From Octopus vulgaris (Eukaryota): a stretch of DNA of 64,000 nucleotides. Under the pieces are notes generated by a model. The model was not told the origin of the DNA and did no database searches. It was given only the letters and a program-made list of their open reading frames with translations. Location: the NCBI GenBank assembly GCA_951406725.2, contig OX597814.1, forward strand, positions 192,262,001 through 192,326,000, written 5' to 3'. Positions 39,974 through 52,536 of this stretch are shown here, piece by piece (within the stretch, counting starts at the first letter, position 1; each line of letters begins with the position of its first letter). A program made the position numbers and the translations under genes.

Positions 39974-42900
39974 GTAAGTTATTGGTTCCCATTATTTATT
40001 TGATATTTTTGAAATACTTGTTTTCCGAACTTTTTCCCCAACAACAACGAACCCTAACACCGCAAGTCATGTAAATTAGTTAAAATTTGCTTGCTTAATT
40101 TCCCTTTTAGAACTTTATTTTATGAATATTGCTGACCCATTGTATGTCAGTTTAAAAAAAATTAAGAATTTCGCCACATAAAAAAAGGCTGCAAGACTGA
40201 AAGCAAACAGTAAAACAAGATGAAAGCAGAACATTATTGCCATTTATTTTTCGTTTTCTGTTCTAACTTCATGTTCTCTGTAAATATCACAGCTCTTGTG
40301 CTTAAAATGATTAAATTTCATTCCGTTTCTAGGAACTAAAAATACACTACACTCCAAATTGTTGCTTCACTCCAGAGAATAATTTGTTCTTTATTTACAG
40401 GCAAGTTGTCACAGAGCATCGCGTTAGTTACAATCAAACTAAGGTTTTTGCACTTATCTATAGAAGTATATTTTCTACAAAGTTAAGGAAAGTTTATTAT
40501 TGATTTTTGTTCCTTAATTAATTTTATTTTTCACTTATTTAATTAGCCAATGACAACTTACCCCGTTATTGATCTGTCATTGATTTCTATTCATTTCTGT
40601 TGTGCGTTGTTTTTGTTCTTTAGCTACAAGTCGGCCTGATTGAAGTAAGGTATTCCGGCCATGATTACCTCACCTGCTTATTTTCTTTTCCATTTTTAAG
40701 CAGTGTTTCCTGAACTATGTTAAAAATATGCCCTTTTTTTAAACGATAAAGTTGGTTTGAAGGAGATTTTGTAGCTATTTCTAGCAAGTCAAAAGACTAC
40801 GCAGAGTCCCTTGTTGGCTTTTTAATAATTTAATTGTCTCTGCGTTGTGGCGTAATGTATAATTTTTCTCTCGCTCGAATACCGATAACTTTATTTTTCT
40901 ATCATTAGTAAGTTAGAAGTTGTCAAAATTCCGTGAAATTCTCATTTTAATGTCTCAAACCAGACTAACTTGCAATTCATGTTAACTAATTGGTTAAAGT
41001 TTCACCAATTCTATGTTGGTTATTTCTGGCCAGTCTCACACACTGGGTAGTTGTCCATCCACCCTGCTCTATGGGTCTCGAGGTTCACTGCTAATCTATG
41101 TATGCTGTGGTATGCTGTCAATAAACGGTGTAAGGGCTCCAGTGAATTGTTTACCTAATGTGTGTGTGGGGGGCTCTGTAATATTGTAATGACAGCCCAG
41201 TCTCTCAACATACAGCAAACTCCCTCTTATCTAGTACTCAAAGAACCAGATCGCTCAGGCAACTAGCACCCTGAAGAAAAAAATAGAAGAAAATTGTTAA
41301 TTAGAGTCAAGAGAAATTGTGCCAATTTGTGTTAATTAATTGTCATTAAAAGCAAGGAAGTTTGTAGTGTATCTAAAATGGATTTTGTCTTTCAGCATTT
41401 ATAGTTCCTTGTATTTCATTTGGGAAATAAAGTTTGTTCTTTACTTAAATTATATTTTTATTTCTTCCTATTTCTCACATTTCTACTATATTCAGAATAT
41501 TAGTTTCAAATGTTGGTACAAGGCCAGCAAATTCAGGGAAGTGGGTAAGCCGATTACATGGATCCCAGTGTTCAATTGATAATTATTTTATCGACCCTGA
41601 AAGAATGAAAGGTAAAGTCGATCTCTGCAGAATTACAACGCAGAACGTAAAAACAGACAAAATGCTATGAAGTGTTTTGCCCAGTGTGCTAACAACTCTG
41701 CCAGCTTGCTGCCTCCTATATCCAGAATATTAACATTAATTCATCATCGTTTAACGTCCACTTTCCATGCTACCATGGGTTGAACGATTTTGACTGAGGG
41801 CTGGTGAACCAGATGGCTGCACCAGACTCCAATCTTGATTTGGCAGAGTTTCTACAGCTGGATGCCCTTCCTAACGCCAACCACTCTGAGAGTGTAGTGT
41901 GTGCTTTTTACGTGCCGCCGGCATGGGGGCCAGTCAGGCGGTACTGGCAACGACCTCGCTCGAATCCTTTTACACATGCCACCGGCACAGGTGCGAGTAA
42001 GGTAACGTTGGTAACGATCACGCTCGAATGGTGCCCTTTAACGTTAATTATTTAATTTATTTATTTATGCACCCTTTTTCAAGCCTAGGCAGTCTCATGG
42101 GCCCAGTTTCCAGGTTTCTGTGGCATATGAGTTCCCCCCAGCTGGACAGGACGCCAGTCCATTGCAGCGTTGCTCAAGAAACAGGAAGAAAGAGTGAGAG
42201 AAAGTTGGGGTGAAAGAGTACAACAGGGGTCGCCACCAACCCCTGCCAGAGCCTCGTGGAGCTTTAGCTGTTTTCGCTCAATAAACACACACAATGCCCG
42301 GTCTGGGAATCAAAACCGCAATCCTCCGACTGCGAGTCCACTGCCCTAACCACTGGGCCATTGTGCCTCCATTAACATTAATACTGATGTATATAATAGA
42401 GAGTTTTAATGTAAAGTCTATTATAGTGTAAAAAGCAATGATCAGAAATCAGGAAAGTTTAGTTATCCAACAACCCTCCCGTCCCAGTGGTACCAAATAG
42501 GAAGGAGTTTACTGTAATATTCTTCATCTTTGACTATTCTTACTCAACTGACTGAAACTAATCCAGATATATCACACTATGTCTCTCACAATCAAAGTAC
42601 AAACCTGAAACCCAAAGTGATTCAGATACTACTGCTTTACAGTTGCTTTGGGAAATAAAAAAAAAATAAACTAAAAAACTCGGAGGAAACAATCCATTGC
42701 TATGAAACTGGGACATTTTATACGGTTTACCTGACTAGAAAAAGCACTCATTAACAAAGGTGCCACACAATGGGACTAAACCAAAAACCATGTGGTTGGG
42801 AAGCAAACTTCTTAACAACCTTAGCCTGTGCATTATACTATGTATTAATGTATGTATGTATGTACGTATGTATGTATGTATACATGTATGCATCTCTTCT

Positions 42901-45900
42901 CTCTATATATAAACGGCAGTTTGTCTGTGCGTGTTTCTGTGTGTCTGTTTGCTTGTACCCTCACTCTGACCACGGCTTTCAACCGATTCTGATGAAACTT
43001 GACACACACATAGCCCAATGTCATAATTCAAAACTAACGCAGCGAAAATTTTGAAAAGTTCCCCCAGTTCAGAAAAAGATCGATAAATTCGACACGGGGT
43101 CGACAATCAGAAACACAAACCGCAGATGGTGTAGGGGACGCAACTCGGCCTTTTTAACTATCAAAAAAAAATTTACCATAATTTTTTTCTTCCCATTTTT
43201 TTTTGCTATTTTTTGGCTATAACTCTCTAAAAGTGCTTTATAGTTATTTCCCTTACAAACCCGAGCAACGCCGGGCGATACTGCTAGTGTATGTATAAAG
43301 CAGTATATTGACGCAAGTAAGGCTGGAGAGTAAAAATTTTGTTTCCAAATCAGATGGTTCTAAGTTCAGCCCCACTAGATGACAGTGTGGACAAGTTTCC
43401 ATGCCTGTGTCTTAGCAACATCAACACCAGCAATTTTGTATAAATATAGAGCTGTGGAGCAGCGTATTCTGTTTTGTATAGTTAGATTTTCTTCGTTATA
43501 GTATCTATTATATTGGTTTCAGATTTTGACACAAGGCCAGCAATTTTAGGGGAGGGAGTAAGTTGATTATATCAACCCAAGTGCTGAATTGGTTATTATT
43601 TTATCAAACCTGAAAGATGAAGTCGACCGTTGCAGAATTTGAACTCAGAACATAAATACAGATGACATGCTGCTAAGCAATTTGCCCAATGTGCTAACAG
43701 TTCTATCAGCTCACCACCTTATAGAATCCATTATATTATTCCAATAGGAATATTTTGTATCAGCTATTTCCCATACAAAATCTTTAGAGCTGGAACACTA
43801 GAGCTGTTCATTCATGTTTAGAGATGTCCTTCGTAAGTGTGCACAAACAGACATCTCAGTAATAGTCAACATATACATATTTTCAAAGTCTCTCTTGACT
43901 GGAAATGGCCTGAACTCTTTGTATGACCATCCTCCCTGTACACAACTCCCTGTCCCCCTACATGGCCTTGCTTTTGCTTTTCGAGCCAATTAAAATTAAA
44001 TTAAATTTAAAAAATTAAATTAAATTAAATTTTTCCTTTGTTTCCTTATTTTTGTTGTTTTCTCTTTCTATTTTCCTAAGATACGTGATCAACGTTATGT
44101 AGATGCTGTGCGATTATTGAACCATCAGCTTGAAACACACCCAACTGTGAGTATAAATTTTCTGGAAAGTTATAAGATTAAAACCTTTCTACTAGCTAAA
44201 GCACATTGTTTCCACTTTCTCTGGCTTTTAGTTGCCACTTCTATTTTACCTGGGTGTATCTGTGCATCCAGAAAGTAACACCTGCCTGGTAATTCCAATA
44301 CTATTACCACACAACTTCATCTTTCTCCAATGAGTCTAGAAACTTTGATAATTGAACGATGTCAACCACCTCCACCATCATCGCTACTTCATATTAAGAG
44401 AAATGTTTGAATGTATTTGGACATAAGGCCTTTCACTGCAGAAATAGACCAAGGAGAAAATTCTCTACCTTGACTTGTGTAAAAACATTTAACCATAACT
44501 ACACAAAAACATTACATTTAACACTTTCTAGTTCTGTGGTTCTAAACCATTTTTTTACCACTAGACCCCTTTGATTACTATTTCATTCTGTGGAAACTCA
44601 TAACTATTCGATGCTTAAAAAGTAGTTTTATAAATACACCTTTCAAACTTCCTATTTTGCTTGTCACACATTTACTTGTGCAGGTTTGCAATAGTGCCCT
44701 CACTCAGAGAACATGTTTTAGTGGCTAGCAACATGTTAAACTATGTAAAACATTAGAGAAAGAAACCATAGGTGCAGCAGAAAATATATGTATGTGTGTG
44801 TGTGTATTTTAAGCTCACATTGTTTAACTATTTAACTTTGAGTCTTCCATTCTTCAGTCACGTGCTGCGCTATCTTTGCTGGGATACTGCCATTTTCAAC
44901 TGCAGAGCTTTGTCGATGCTGCAGACTGCTATGAACAACTGTCCATACTACATCCAGATGTTGAGAACTACAAACTTTATTATGCTCAATCGTTATATAA
45001 AGCATGTCTTTACCAAGAGGCAATGAAAATCGCTTGTCAAATTGAGAGTTCAGATTATCAGGTGAAGGTATGTATTACAATGTATAGATATCAATTATTT
45101 CTCATTGTTATTCACTTCAGTGTTTAAAAATTGTGTTTGATTCTCATGAATTTCCAGGTACAAGCATTTAACAAATTTATAAATAAGATATTGAGAGAAA
45201 AGTTGGACCTAAGAAGCATCGGATGTGGTGTGCAAGAGAGACGACTGCACTGGTATGGTCATGTGGTGAGAATGGATGAGGATAGCTGTGTGAAAAAGTG
45301 CCACACTCTAGCAGTTGAGGGAACCTGTGGAAGAGGTAGACCCTGGAAGACATGGGATGAGGTAGTGAAGCACGACCTTTGATCATTAGGCCTCACCGAG
45401 GCAATGACTAATGACCGAGATCTTTGGAAATATGCAGTGCGTGAGAAGACCCAGCAAGCCAAGTGAGACCATAACCCGTGGCTTATGCCAGGGATGTAAC
45501 CAGCCCATTTATGCATACCTTTCCTTCATTGGACACTAAACTCTGCTTGTGAAGACCTGTTGAGGCAAGTGAAATTGAAATCAAATCAAATTTGCAAATT
45601 TGATGACTGACACCTCTGCCAGTGGAGCGCTAAGTGCACCATCCGAGCGTGATCATTGCCAAAGCAGCTAACTGGCTTCCATGCCAGCGACACGTAAAAA
45701 GCATCATTTGAGCGTGATCGTTACCAGCGTCACCTTACTGGCACTTGTGCCGTAGGCATGTGAAAATCATTTGAGCGAGGTCGTTGCCAGTCCTGCTGAA
45801 CTGGCTCCTGTGCAGGTGGCACATAAAAAGCACCATTTGAGCATGGCCATTGCCAGTTCTGCCTGACTAGCCCTCGTGCCAGTGGCACGTTAAAGCACCC

Positions 45901-48900
45901 ACTACACTGTTGGAGTGGTTGGCATTAGGAAGGGCATCCAGCTGTAGAAACTGCCAGATCAAATGATGATGATGACTCTTATTATGTCATAATAAGAAAA
46001 TTTGTGTGTATGGTTGTAATGTGAGATCCTTGAATTAAAATCATATGTGATTTGTTAAACATCATTAGAGAATTTCCTTACAAGGAAATTCTCTAATGGT
46101 GTTTATAAATATTGCAGAAGAAATAAATCTACATGTATCCACAAACCCAATTTAGTTCATTGAAATTCAATTCAATGTTTAGCACAATATTTTATATTTG
46201 ATATGATTTTTTCTTCAGGTTACCAAACTGCAAGCTGCTATAAAATATGGAGAAGAGGACCTTCCTGGGGCAAAAGTAAGATTTGCTTCAAAATGTCTAA
46301 AACTAGCTTTAATAAACTATTCTCTCTTTTTCTGTCTTACCCTCCCCTTTATATGTGTTTGTGTGTGTACGTATCTATGAGCATTTATGTATGTGTCTGG
46401 TATGAATTAATATTTACATCAATAAAAGGGTGTCGGGTGGTTGGAATGGTTGGATTTTAGGCAAAGTGATCTTCCAGTATTTCAATGCTGACATGGGCTG
46501 GATGGGGTGTCATGATCCAAGACAGTTCTTATTTAGATTTACTGTCTTCTAGATGGGTACACATGGCTCACTGGTTAGAGCATCAGATTCACAATAATGA
46601 TGTAGTGAGTTTGATTCCTAGACCGGAATGTGTGTTGTGTTCTTGGGCAAGACACTTTATTTCATGTTGCTCCAGTCCACTCAGCTGTAGAAATGAGTTG
46701 CGACATCACTAGTGCCAAGCTGTATCGTCATTTGCCTTTCCCTTGGATAACATCAGTGGTGTGGAGAGGGGAGGCTGGTATGCATGGGCAACTACTGGCC
46801 TTCCACAAACAATCTTGCCCTGACTTTGCCTCGGAGGGTAAATTTCTAGGTGCAATCCCATGGTCATTCATGACCAAAGGGGTTCTTTTAGATGAGTCAG
46901 AAGTTCATGTCTCTCTCATATGTTTCAATTTTTGCATGGTTTCTACAGCTAGATGTCCCTCTAACACATTCACTTTGTATTTCACTATAACAACAAAACT
47001 AAAGGGCTCTCTTGACCTTGTGGTGTGTCTGCTCAGTCAATGTGGTCAAGGAGAGAAAGAGAGGTGGAGAATGAGAGTGTGATGTCAGCAGGGCCAGGGT
47101 AAGTGAATGAAAGAAACGAAGGTTATGTGAACTTGCTATTAATGTTAAATTTCTATTAATTTTCTACAGGCTCTGGTTGACCAATGTCCACAGCAGGATT
47201 CTGATACTGAATTAAATCAAGCTTGTATCTTATTCAAGGTTAGTAAGACATAATATGGATCTTTTCCCTTTGAACGGCAGATGGAGAAATTAATTTTTTG
47301 TAACTAAACACTTTCAAATTTCAGACACTGGTAGAATGTGTCATATAAAACATCTTTTACTGTTAGTGTTGTTGAGAAAAGTTTCTATTTTCAAAGTTAT
47401 TTCGTGTTAAAGTTGTCGTATTTCGGTAATTTCAACCAATCAATGACGTGTATTCAGCTGAATAAAATTACTGCTGTTGTTTGTCAACAAGAACTTCCTG
47501 TGGTGTATATTTCGTTTGTCACTGTTATTTATGACATCGTTTGTGCGTTTGTACTGGTTTTAGCTTTAGGGTGTTGGGGTTTTAGGGTTAGGGTTAGAGT
47601 TACGGAAAAAGGGAAAAATGAAGAAATTGGAGGGGGAGGGGGCAAAAAAGTATTTCCGAAAATAGCTGAAAAACAGGAAAAAAAACTAAAAGTGGTAGAA
47701 ATACACGAATGATTATGGTGGTGCCATGAAGTAAACATGCTTCAGATAGACTCGTTTATTCATACAAAGGTAACTGAGATGAAATATGTCATAAATAACA
47801 GTGACAATCGAAATATACACCACCAGAAGTTGTTGACAAACAACGGCAGTAATTTTATTCAGCTGAATACACGTCATTGATTGGTTGAAATTACCGAAAT
47901 ACGACAACTTTAACACAAAATAACTTCCAAAATACAAACTTTATTCAACAACACTAAAAGTAAAAGATATTTTATATGACATATTCTACCATTGTCCGAA
48001 GTTTTAAAGTGCTTAGTTACAAAAAATTAATTCCTTGATCTGCCGTTCAAAGGGAAAAGATCCCATAATATAAATATTTTAAAATCCTTTAGGCAATTCA
48101 AGTGGAAAGTTAGGCAAAATATATAACGTGATGCCAATAAATTGAAACACATGGTCACCATGAGAAATATTGTCATTGAAGGATTACTGAAATATTTTCA
48201 CTGTAGTTCTAATAATTAATAGCTATCAATTAAATCTCTGGAGACATGCAATGTATCTTTGGATGAAAATTTAAAAAAATGTTTATCATATTTGTTTTTA
48301 GATAATTCTATCTTTTACTTGTTTCATTCATTAGACTGCGACCATGTTTGAACACCACCTTCAAGAGCCTTTGGTTAAATGTATGTACTGCAGTACTTAT
48401 TTTTTAAAGTATGGTACTTATTCTATCAGTCTCCCTTGCTGAACCACTAAGTTATGGGAACATAAACACACCAACACTGGTTGTCAAGCGATGCTGGGGA
48501 ACAAACACACATACACACACACATGACGGGCTTCTTTCAGTTTCCATCTACCAAATCTGCTCACAAGGCTTTGGTCGGCCCGAGGCTGTAGTAGAAGACA
48601 CTTGCCCAAGGTGCCATGCAGTGGGACAGAACCCGGAACCATGTGGTTTGTAAGCAAGTTACTTACCACACAGCCACGCCTACGCCTGTAAATTGGATCA
48701 ATAAATTTATTTATTTATTATTTATTAGCACCTTTTGTTTCTTCAATAGGAAAGCCATTATGAAGAGGCATGTAAGAAATTTGTTGCTGCCATGCAAGTC
48801 ACTGGTTACAATGCTGAGACAGCCTATAGTATTGCACTGTGCTTCTATATGATGAAGCAGTATTCGGCCTCATTAAAGTATATTAATGAAATTATTGAGA

Positions 48901-51072
48901 GAGGAGCACAGGAGCATCCAGGTAAGATATAACTAAACTTAGTACTCTTTAAATAGCTTCTTTTCTTATCTTGATGTTTGTTTAGTCGTTTTGTTACTAT
49001 ATTTCTGTTGAAGGCAGCAAGCTGGCAGAAACGTTAGCGCACCAGACGAAATGCTTAGCGGTATTTCGTCTGCCATTACGTTCTGAGTTCAAATTCCGCC
49101 AAGGTCGACTTTGCCTTTCATCCTTTCGGGGTTGATAAATTAAGTACCAGTCACACACTGGGGTCGATATAATCAACTTAATCCGTTTGTCTGTCCTTGT
49201 TTGTCCCCTCTATGTTTAGCCCCTTGTGGGTAGTAAAGAAATAGGTATTTCATCTGCCATTACGTTCTGAGTTCAAATTCTGCCGAGGTAAACGTTGCCT
49301 TTCATCCTTTTGGGGTTGATAAATAAAGTACCAGTTACGCACTGGCAGTGTTTTTACAGCTGGATGCCCTTCTTAATACCAACCACTCTGTGAGTGTAGT
49401 GGGTGCTTTTTGTGTGCCACCGGCACAGTTGCCAGGGGAAGCTGGAAGCGGCCACGATTGGTCAGTGCTTGTTACATGCCACCGGCATGGAAACCAGTCA
49501 AGGCGGCACTGGCATTAGCCACATTCAGATGGTGCTTTTTACATGCCACCGGCACAGGTATCACAACTACAATTTCCATTTGATATTTATTTTGATGTTG
49601 ATGTACTTGACTCAATAGGTCTCCTCAAGCACAGCAGGTCACCCCTACAATCCAAGGTTAGCACAGCAGGCCGTTCTGTGATCCAAGGTACTTTGGGTGA
49701 GCTGGGGCTGCTATGTGAAACTGGTACAAGAAACAGCCATGAACTCACATTATTTGTCGGGTCTTCGCAGTCACAGCATATCTCCAGAGATCTCACATTC
49801 TAAAAATAAACAATCACATCATTGAAATCTTAAAGCAACAAGATAGTACATGATTAATTCAAAACAATTTGAGGGGAAAAGCATTACATTTGAGAGAGTA
49901 ATCCAAACACTGAAAGTTTAAACTAAGATGTTTATAATTAACAACCAAATACTTGTTTCTGTGACCATCCAGCTGTAGAAACACTACCAGATCAGACTGG
50001 AGCCTGGTGCAGCCTCCTGGCTTCCCAGACCCTAGCCGAACCGTCCAACCTGTCTAACACCCGTGGACATGTTTACAAACTCAGAAAACAGCACAGCTCC
50101 CATGACTTTTGGAAACATTTTTTCATGCTAAAAGTTGCTGAAGTATGGAACAAACTGCCGGCATCAGTTGTTAGTTGTTGGAGCACTGCATCCTTCAAAA
50201 CTTCCATGCTTCCTGAGATTTGCCAACACTACACCCGATTTTCTCCCCTCCGTACACAGGCAAGCATGTATCTGACTCATACACTGTTCACTTTCCAGAC
50301 ATTTGTACATTACTGCATATGCACTTTTTGACAAGTTGTGGTGCACCTGAGCATTGTATACAATAATTTCATTGTTATTATTATTTTATTATCTATACTG
50401 TTTGTTACTTGTAGATCTTGATATTGGTATGACTACAATGGGACTTGAAACCCGTAGTGTTGGTAACACATTAGTATTACAAGAGACAGGACTTGTGCAA
50501 GCTTTCAATCTTAAAGCCAACATTGAATATCAACTGAAAAATAGTAAGTCAGACTACAGATCACCTCTACTTTCTCTTTTGACTGATCTAATTTTACAAA
50601 AGTTGTATAAACCTTCATTTGTATTCATCATTCTCATCATCATCACAGCAAATTAGCAGTGGTTAAAGAATCAGACAAAATGCCTGGTAGTATTTATTTC
50701 GGTTCCTTGTATTTTGGGTTCAAATTTTTCAGTTGTCGACTTTGCCTGCCTTTTATCTTTCTTCTGAGATCAGTGAATGAAATACCAGTGTTTCTGTTAT
50801 CGTTATCTTTTATCATATTTTCTTGTTTCAGTCATTAGACTGTGGCCATGCTGGGGCACTGCCTCGAAGAATTTCTAGTTGAATGCATCAACCCCAAACT
50901 TACATTTTTTAAAGCTTGATACTTATTCTATTATTCTGTTAGAATTTGTGTGCAGTGAACTGATTTTACTTCTACAATGCATAAAATATTTGAACAATTT
51001 TTTACACAATTAACCTCAGGCTGACCAAAGCTTTGTGAGTGGATATGGTAGACGGAACCTGGAAGAAGCCTG

Positions 51073-51109
<37 letters not shown>

Positions 51110-52490
51110 ATCATCATCATCATCGTTTAACGTCTGTTTTCCATGCTGGCGTAGGTTGGATGGTTTGACCGGGGTCTGGAACGCCAGGAGGCTGTGCCAG
51201 GCTCCAGTCTGATCTGGCAATATATATATATATATCTGTTTGTGTGTCTGTGTTTGTCCTGCCATCATCACTTGACAATTGACGTTGGTGTGTTTACGTC
51301 CCTGTAACTTAGTAGTTTGGCATAAGTGACCGCCAGAATAAGTACTAGGCTTACAAAGAATAAGTCCTAGGGTCGATTTGTTTGACTAAAGGTGGTGCTC
51401 CAGCATGGCCGCAATCAAATGATTGAAACAAGTAAAAGAATAAAAAAAGAAAAGAATTCTTTAAAACAGACATGGAACCTGGGCAGCTCCTCAACTGACC
51501 AGCTCCTGTCAAACCGTCCAACCCATGCCAGCATGGAAAACAGATGTTAAAAGAGAATTCTAAAAATATAATGGGACTTTTTTAAACAGTGAATGTTTAT
51601 TAGGGTCCTATAGAGTAAAATAGGAATCAAAGGCTTTGATCAGCTTGGGTCTCTAGTAAAAGACACTTGCTCATGGTGTCATGCAGTAGGACTGAACCTG
51701 GGACCACATGGTTGGAAAGCAAGCTTCTGAACCACCATTATGGCTGTGCCTATTCAAGCTGAGAACAGTTGATGTTAAAGTGATGATGATTATGATGTAT
51801 GTATATATATGCACATATGTGCAAGTGTTTATGCATTTATATATGCACACACACACACACATATATGCATACATTTTTTAATATATATTTTTCTTTGCTC
51901 TTGCTTTTAGTAAAAGCTGCACGTGAGGCCCTTACCGACATGCCCCCACGCTCTGAAGAGGAGCTAGATGTTGTGACCTTACACAATCAAGCACTTATCA
52001 ACATGGACATTGAACCAACTCGCGGCTTTGGCAAACTACAGTTCCTCATGCAACAGCCAACATTTCCTCCAGAAACCTTTGGAAATCTTCTCATTCTTTA
52101 TATAAAATATGAAGTAAATATTCCTTCTGGATTTGAAACCATTTCGTTTTGACACATTTTAAAATTCGACTCATTGAATTGCTTAATTCTTTATTTTGAG
52201 AAAAATTTTCTTATAGATCTTTTTATATATCAGCGTGTCTTTTATCTTTTACTTGTTTCAGTTATTAGACTGTGGCCATGCCGGGTTACTCTCTTTTACT
52301 CTTTTACTTGTTTCAGTCATTTGACTGTGGCCATGCCGGAGCACCACCTTTAGTCAACCAAATCGACCCCATTCTTTGTAAGCCTAGTACTTATTCTATC
52401 GGTCTCTTTTGCTGAACTGCTAAGTTACAGGGACGTAAACGCACCAGCATCGGTTGTCAAGCGATGTTGGGGGGACAAACACAGACACAC

Positions 52491-52536
<46 letters not shown>

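Noticed and set aside
47582-47602. True telomere or chromosome fusion site
   Set aside because: Only about three units, located inside a TSD-flanked transposon.
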